This document shows positions 58,738 through 64,000 of a stretch of DNA of 64,000 nucleotides, piece by piece. The stretch comes from Eubacteriales bacterium (GTDB lineage: Bacteria; Bacillota; Clostridia; Oscillospirales; CAG-272), in the NCBI GenBank assembly GCA_045659405.1, contig JAZOWX010000043.1, positions 1,789 through 65,788 of the forward strand, given 5' to 3'. Both the position numbers and the translations under genes were made by a program. How positions within the stretch are numbered: the stretch's first letter is position 1; every line of letters starts with the position of its first letter. Below the pieces are notes generated by a model. That model did not search any database. It saw only the letters and a program-made list of their open reading frames with translations, and was not told where the DNA came from.

Positions 58738-59244
58738 ATGAATGGTGTAGAAATTGAAAGAAAATTTATAATAGAGCTTCCCGATTTTGAAAAAATGCGG
58801 GAAATGTCGGGATATACGTTTTACGATATAACGCAGGTTTATATGAAAACCGAAAACGGTGTGAGCCACAGAATACGAAAAAGAGCAGGTGCTTCGGGTG
58901 TGGTTTATACCGAAACCAAAAAGCGCCGTATAGACGAAATGTCAGCGTTTGAGGATGAAAATGTTATCACCGAGGAACGCTATGACGAGCTGTATTCGGT
59001 GCGTGATATGTCGCTTAACGTCATAAGTAAGCGCCGCCATACATTTCGGTTTATGGGACAGCTTTTTGAAATCGACGTTTATCCAAACTGGCGCAATAGC
59101 TGTATAATGGAAACCGAACTGGAAAGCAGAGAAGATGACCCGAAAATGCCCCCATTTATAAAAGTTCTTCGTGACGTAACGGGTATACGTGCTTATTCCA
59201 ATCATTCTATGGCAAACAGCTTTCCTGCCGAAGACCTGCAATAA
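58738..59244 (+). CDS. CYTH-domain protein (triphosphate tunnel metalloenzyme)
   Basis: N-terminal ExExK signature VEIERKFII. Size of 168 aa fits the family. Confidence 0.8.
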   Translation: MNGVEIERKFIIELPDFEKMREMSGYTFYDITQVYMKTENGVSHRIRKRAGASGVVYTETKKRRIDEMSAFEDENVITEERYDELYSVRDMSLNVISKRRHTFRFMGQLFEIDVYPNWRNSCIMETELESREDDPKMPPFIKVLRDVTGIRAYSNHSMANSFPAEDLQ

Positions 59245-59265
59245 ATGTCGGCTGTATATCAAAAC

Positions 59266-59310
59266 AAAAAACAGCGAGATGCGGTTTTACTCCGTATCTC
59301 GCTGTTTTTA
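59266..59310. terminator. Bidirectional terminator
   Basis: ACAGCGAGAT..CGG / CCG..ATCTCGCTGT stem, flanked by an A-run and a T-run. Confidence 0.8.
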
Positions 59311-59350
59311 TGCATTTATCTTTGTTTTCTCTTATTATTTGACAAAAAAG

Positions 59351-59830
59351 TTATTTATGATAACGTTTTCCGTTGATTATAGTAAACGAGCGGTATATGG
59401 CCTCTGCAAGTATTACACGCATAAGCTGGTGCGGAAATGTCAGCTTGGAAAAGGAGAGCTTCAGGTCGCAAGCGGCTTTAACCTCGGGCGCAAGACCGTG
59501 AGACGAGCCAATAATAAAGACTATTTTTCCGTGTGTGTCACAAGCCCCCTCTATTATTTTTGCAAGAGCCTCTGATGAGTGCGACGCCCCCTCTATGCAA
59601 AGGGCCACTTTATATGCTCCTGATGGTATGGCGGCGGTGATTTTCTCACCCTCGGCAAAGAGCGCCTTTTTAATTTGAGTCTGGCTTTCTTCGTCTGTTA
59701 TTTTTTCTTCCTTTATGTTTACTTCATCAATTCTCGCATATTGTGAAATGCGTTTCTTGTATTCATCAAGCGCAGCTTTTAAATAATTTTCTTTTATCGT
59801 ACCTACGCTTATGATTGTGACGTTAGCCAT
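59351..59830 (-). CDS. rlmH: 23S rRNA (pseudouridine1915-N3)-methyltransferase
   Basis: 159-aa SPOUT protein with FIIGSSHGL and LTFPHQLMRVIL. Confidence 0.9.
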   Translation of the reverse strand: MANVTIISVGTIKENYLKAALDEYKKRISQYARIDEVNIKEEKITDEESQTQIKKALFAEGEKITAAIPSGAYKVALCIEGASHSSEALAKIIEGACDTHGKIVFIIGSSHGLAPEVKAACDLKLSFSKLTFPHQLMRVILAEAIYRSFTIINGKRYHK

Positions 59831-61005
59831 TATTTCATCCTCGCTAAACGTGATAGACCTGACGACAGAGCCGAAACCAAAGCATCAACATCCTCACGGC
59901 TGTTCAACAGACTGAAGCTTATGCGTATTGAGCTGTCGGCTTCGGCTTCACTCTTTCCGTAAGCTATAAGAGCCGAGCTTTTATGTGCCTTGTCGTTTGA
60001 CGAGCAGGCAGAGCCGCTGGATACGTAAATTCCCTCGGACGAGAGAAAATGCAGCATCGTCTCGCTTTTGATTTTCGGAAGCGTAAGGTTAATTATGTGA
60101 GGTGCGTGGCTTTTTGGCAAGGTGGGGGTAATCTCCGAAAGCCCGTGTTGCGAAAGCTTTTCTATAAGATAGCTACGGAGCGATTCGGTATGCTCGACAA
60201 AGGCGCGCAGATTTTTGCGTCCCTCATCAACAGCTGTGCCGAAAGCGGCAATTCCGGGAACGTTTTCTGTGCCGGATCGAAGTCCGCCCTCCTGACCTCC
60301 GCCGAGTATAATCGGTGAAAGTCCCTTGTTTTTGATTATTTTTTTGTCTATTATAAGAGCGCCAACACCTTTTGGGCCGTGTATCTTGTGTGATGATACG
60401 GTTATCATATCTGCGCCTGTTGAAGCCTTTGTAAACGGTAGCTTCAAATAACTCTGTGTTGCATCAATATGTAAAATTGCTTCAGGCGAGCGCATGCGCA
60501 TCATTTTGCCGACGTATGCGGTGTCGTAAAGCGCACCGGTCTCATTGTTAACCATCATCATACTTACGAGTATAACACGCACGTCAAGCGCAAGAAGAAG
60601 CGCCTCTTTATCAATAGCGCCACCAACTGTTGGCACAGCTACTATTTCAAACCCAAGTGAGCGCAGGCGCTCTAGGGGTTCGCTTACCGATGCGTGTTCG
60701 CCAAGAGTAGTAATAATCTTGCAGCCCTTGCGGTATCTGTCCTTTGCAAAAGCCCGTCCGATAATGGCAAGGTTGTTAGCCTCGCTTCCCGATGCTGTGA
60801 ACACAGCAGTAGAGTCCTTTGCCGAGATAGAGGATAACAGCGTCTCTCTTGCGTGTGCAATCTCACGCTCGGCAAAGAACCCCGCCTCGTGAAGTGAGGA
60901 GGGGTTGCCGTAGCATTCTGTTGCTATTCTGTTATAGGTTAAAAGCGCCGCTTCGCTGATAGGTGTTGTAGCGCTGTTGTCAAGATAAATGCTCGTTTTT
61001 GTCAT
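59830..61005 (-). CDS. Cysteine desulfurase (class V aminotransferase, NifS/IscS-like)
   Basis: PLP lysine motif SSHKIHGPKG and active-site loop SSGSACSS. Confidence 0.9.
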   Translation of the reverse strand: MTKTSIYLDNSATTPISEAALLTYNRIATECYGNPSSLHEAGFFAEREIAHARETLLSSISAKDSTAVFTASGSEANNLAIIGRAFAKDRYRKGCKIITTLGEHASVSEPLERLRSLGFEIVAVPTVGGAIDKEALLLALDVRVILVSMMMVNNETGALYDTAYVGKMMRMRSPEAILHIDATQSYLKLPFTKASTGADMITVSSHKIHGPKGVGALIIDKKIIKNKGLSPIILGGGQEGGLRSGTENVPGIAAFGTAVDEGRKNLRAFVEHTESLRSYLIEKLSQHGLSEITPTLPKSHAPHIINLTLPKIKSETMLHFLSSEGIYVSSGSACSSNDKAHKSSALIAYGKSEAEADSSIRISFSLLNSREDVDALVSALSSGLSRLARMK

Positions 61006-62024
61006 CTAAAGTTTACCTTTTTAGCCATTTTCTTAAATTCTTCGTGGTGCGTTGCGTATACATTTTCGGGTGCTGTGTATGTGAAAACATATCCGTCCTG
61101 CAAAGGCCAGTTGCCTGCGACGGCTATTATCTGATAAACGTGGTAGGTCTGTCCGTTATACTCGTACGTGTACTCATAAGCAAATGCCCATTCAGCGTTG
61201 CCGAGCGTTGTTTCGACGCTCTCGCTGATGACTGTAAGATTATCAACGAATTCCGCAAGTTCTTCTTTACGGTTGTTCCAATATTCGTCGCGGCTGACAC
61301 CGATAGACGTAGCTTCGGTTATGTTTGCGTTTGCACCGTCAATGCTTGTAATTCCGATATTGGTCTGTGCATATCTTACCTGCCAATCGGGATGAATATA
61401 GAAATCGTATCCGCAAATATCCTTGTCCGAAACAAGAAGATATCCGTCCGAGTCAGTACTGTATTCAGGCGAGCTTTGAGCGCCGGTTACATCCTTGAAT
61501 TCGAAATTATCTATTATAGACTGAACCTTATCAAGATAGAAATCATAATAGGTTTTGCCCTCACCCCTTTCGACAAGCTGTGCCGTAAAGGTGAATATGT
61601 AGAAACGCTCGCCGTAATTTACAAATATCTGCATAGTGCGGAAATTATGATTTTCGTATTCGAATTCGTAAACAACCTTATGTGCGCTGTCTGCATTTCC
61701 AAAATCGCAAGTCTCAATGTTGCTTTCGTTTTTAAGCTCGAATGTAAATTCGGCTTTTGCGTTTTCAAAGTAACTCTCTATATCGCTCATCGGCGCTTTG
61801 CTCGGGACAAACGTCACCGACGAGATATCTATTTGCGAAGCGTATGCGGCGCTAATCTCACCGTTGTTGGCTACCGTCCATTCCTCGGGTGCGTAGAAAT
61901 AGTATCCTATTTCTTCTCCGCCACGGACAAGTTGCATCCCATCGGGAAGGTCTCCTCCCCCACTACAAGATACAAAAAGTGCCAAAATTGTAATAATAAG
62001 AGTAACAAAAAGTGTTTTTTTCAT
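61002..62024 (-). CDS. Lipoprotein of unknown function with an internal two-domain duplication
   Basis: Lipobox LFVSC. Repeated blocks GYYFYAPEEWTV and GYDFYIHPDWQV each head a domain of about 150 aa. Its stop overlaps the desulfurase start. Confidence 0.6.
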   Translation of the reverse strand: MKKTLFVTLIITILALFVSCSGGGDLPDGMQLVRGGEEIGYYFYAPEEWTVANNGEISAAYASQIDISSVTFVPSKAPMSDIESYFENAKAEFTFELKNESNIETCDFGNADSAHKVVYEFEYENHNFRTMQIFVNYGERFYIFTFTAQLVERGEGKTYYDFYLDKVQSIIDNFEFKDVTGAQSSPEYSTDSDGYLLVSDKDICGYDFYIHPDWQVRYAQTNIGITSIDGANANITEATSIGVSRDEYWNNRKEELAEFVDNLTVISESVETTLGNAEWAFAYEYTYEYNGQTYHVYQIIAVAGNWPLQDGYVFTYTAPENVYATHHEEFKKMAKKVNFR

Positions 62025-62056
62025 TATTTTCTATCCTCTTTGCCCCACTTTGGGCA

Positions 62057-63427
62057 TTATTTTGCGATTTCCTCTATAATTTTCTTGAAATACTCGCCAC
62101 GCTTTTCGAAATTCTCGAATCTGTCGTAGCTTGTGTGTGCAGGTGAAAGAATTACCGTATCTCCGGGGGTTGCAATTTTCACCGCAAGAGCTGCTGCGCA
62201 GTCAAAGTCGGTTTCAAGGTAAATTCTATCCTTTAGCTCACGGTTTTGCTCTAATAAAGCGAAAAGCTCCACGGCAGAAGCTCCCGTAAGAATCACCGCC
62301 TTTGCACAAGAGATGAGCGCATCTGTCAGCGGTTGGTAAGAAAGCCCCTTTGAAGCACCGCCCACGATTACGACAGCCGGGTGCTTTAGGGTAGACAGAG
62401 TGCTTGCTGTGCGGCTGGGTGTTGAATCTATGGACGAATTTATATATGTGATGCCGCCTCGGATAAGGAAAACTTCCTTTCTGTGAGGAAGCCCCCTGAA
62501 GCTTTTTGCAAGCTCGATTGCGGTGTCTTTATCTGAAAAACCGAGCGAAAGCGCTATTGCGCACATAAAGTTCAGTATGTTGTAATTCTCACAGCGATGA
62601 AAAAGAGCTTCGGAGATATACGGCACTCCGTTAATACATATGCTCCCGCATTCTCTTGTCACGGTAAGCGAGGGGTGGTATCGGCGGATAAGCTCGGTAG
62701 CACAGAGCTTATCGGATATCAGAATATCCGCCCCGGATTCGATTGCAATATGCTCACAGACCTCACCGTCGGGGATGAGCGCTCTTATATCTGCGTTTTC
62801 GAAAATGTTCTTCTTTGCACGAATATATTCGTTAAAATCCGTATGCCAATTCAGGTGATTTTCGGTGATGTTGGTAATAAGCGCACGTGATACCTTTGGC
62901 TTTGTATACATAAGCTGAAAGCTTGAAAGCTCAACGACAGCTCCCGAAAGCTTATCACGGCTTATAAGCTCGCAAAGCGGGAGTCCAAAATTGCCGGCGG
63001 GCATAGCTCCGAGCGTTGCCTCTGTAAGCTTTGAGGTAAGATAGGTAACCGTGCTTTTACCGTCAGAGCCGGTAATTGCCAAAACGTTTTTTGGACCTGC
63101 CGAGAAGAAAAGCTCGACGTCCGAAGAAAGCTTGCACCCCGAATTCTCCACCGCACACAAAAGTGAATCGCTCCTTCTGACCGATGGTGATAAAAAGAGA
63201 ACATCCTCACAAATATCCGACAAAGCCGAGTCGCCAAAATACGACTTGCGCACATCGTTTTTTTCGGCATCCTGATTTTCACTCGAGCTGCGGCAGGTAA
63301 AACCGTAATGCCACCCCTCGGATAGAAGTATTTGGGCAAGTCTTTGGTTGGATTTTCCAAGTCCGAAAAGTCCGATGCTTTTTACATCCTTATTGCATAT
63401 TCGTCCAATAAGAGATGTCAGATTCAT
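62057..63427 (-). CDS. murD: UDP-N-acetylmuramoylalanine--D-glutamate ligase
   Basis: ITGSDGKSTV P-loop and Mur ligase domain order. Confidence 0.88.
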   Translation of the reverse strand: MNLTSLIGRICNKDVKSIGLFGLGKSNQRLAQILLSEGWHYGFTCRSSSENQDAEKNDVRKSYFGDSALSDICEDVLFLSPSVRRSDSLLCAVENSGCKLSSDVELFFSAGPKNVLAITGSDGKSTVTYLTSKLTEATLGAMPAGNFGLPLCELISRDKLSGAVVELSSFQLMYTKPKVSRALITNITENHLNWHTDFNEYIRAKKNIFENADIRALIPDGEVCEHIAIESGADILISDKLCATELIRRYHPSLTVTRECGSICINGVPYISEALFHRCENYNILNFMCAIALSLGFSDKDTAIELAKSFRGLPHRKEVFLIRGGITYINSSIDSTPSRTASTLSTLKHPAVVIVGGASKGLSYQPLTDALISCAKAVILTGASAVELFALLEQNRELKDRIYLETDFDCAAALAVKIATPGDTVILSPAHTSYDRFENFEKRGEYFKKIIEEIAK

Positions 63428-63641
63428 TCTTCACCTTATGAATAATTTCGTTTTATAATAACATTATAATGTAAATAGGTAAATTTTGCAACCGCTTCTG
63501 ATAAAATTAACAAAAACAATACAATTAATCAGAATATGGCGAATGTGAAAAAAAGCAAAGTCGTTCCACAGGCTTGTAGCTGTGTGGAACGACAATATGC
63601 AAACCAAAGTTTGCAAAAAAAGCGGAAAAACCGCAAAAAAT

Positions 63642-64000
63642 CAAATTGACTGAACTTGTAAGCCGGGTTCTGTACGCCTTGCGGCGCAGCAATCATCTAT
63701 CTTCACTGTGCGTTACCGCACAGTTCAAGCCTTTCGGCTCTGCCACCATGAAAACAATCGGCGGGCTACCGACCAAAAATGGGTTTCAAGGTGTTGCTTC
63801 GGATAGGGTTTACAGCGTGCCTGTGTTACCATAGGCACGGGTGAGCTCTTACCTCGCCTTTCCACCCTTACCGTACCGTGTACGGCGGTATATCTCTGTT
63901 GCACTTTCCCGGAGGTCACCCTCGGCGGACGTTATCCGTTATCCTGCCCTATGAGGCCCGGACTTTCCTCACAATAATACCTTTCGGCACAATATTGCGC
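63642..64000 (-). ncRNA. rnpB: RNase P RNA (bacterial type A), 5' end truncated by the window edge
   Basis: The minus strand contains GAGGAAAGUCCGGGC, CAUAGGGCAGG, GUGCAACAGAGA, GGUAAGGGUGGAAAGG, GGUAAGAGC, AGAUAGAUGAUUGC and ACAGAACCCGGCUUAC in the canonical order. Terminator GCGGTTTTTCCGC plus a T-run at 63617-63634. Confidence 0.9.

Overview
The window looks like a chromosomal segment of an anaerobic Firmicute of the class Clostridia. I infer this from the SCIFF locus, the THF riboswitch upstream of folT, the fhs gene, and the consensus sigma-A promoters and AGGAGG ribosome-binding sites (RBS). About 60 protein genes are packed densely on both strands, and most are housekeeping: serC-serA, typA, gdhA, fhs, rdgB, rpsO-pnp, rpmF-yceD, gpsA, folT-folC, murD, cysteine desulfurase and rlmH. 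Accessory blocks sit between them:
- a seven-gene amino-sugar/keto-sugar-type operon (3718-10847);
- a MarR regulator with an acyl-CoA synthetase;
- two MATE exporters and one EamA exporter;
- a secreted nuclease;
- tandem paralogous membrane proteins;
- an XRE module;
- glycoside-hydrolase-like genes with AraC regulators.

RNA features supported by the sequence are tRNA-Leu(CAG), tRNA-Ser(GCU), a THF riboswitch upstream of folT, and an RNase P RNA that is cut by the right window edge. The ORF track missed a 50-aa SCIFF ranthipeptide precursor at 15168-15320.

I found no transposase, integrase, CRISPR array or recognisable defence system.

The regions the gene models do not explain are:
- an ORF-free ~850-bp region next to tRNA-Leu that carries a near-perfect promoter and three to four copies of the tRNA 3' end, at least three followed by a terminator;
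- an ATGATATA repeat cluster followed by a five-hairpin element next to tRNA-Ser;
- a 117-bp tandem repeat that starts at the pnp stop codon.

All calls come from reading the sequence and recalling motifs. No database search was run.
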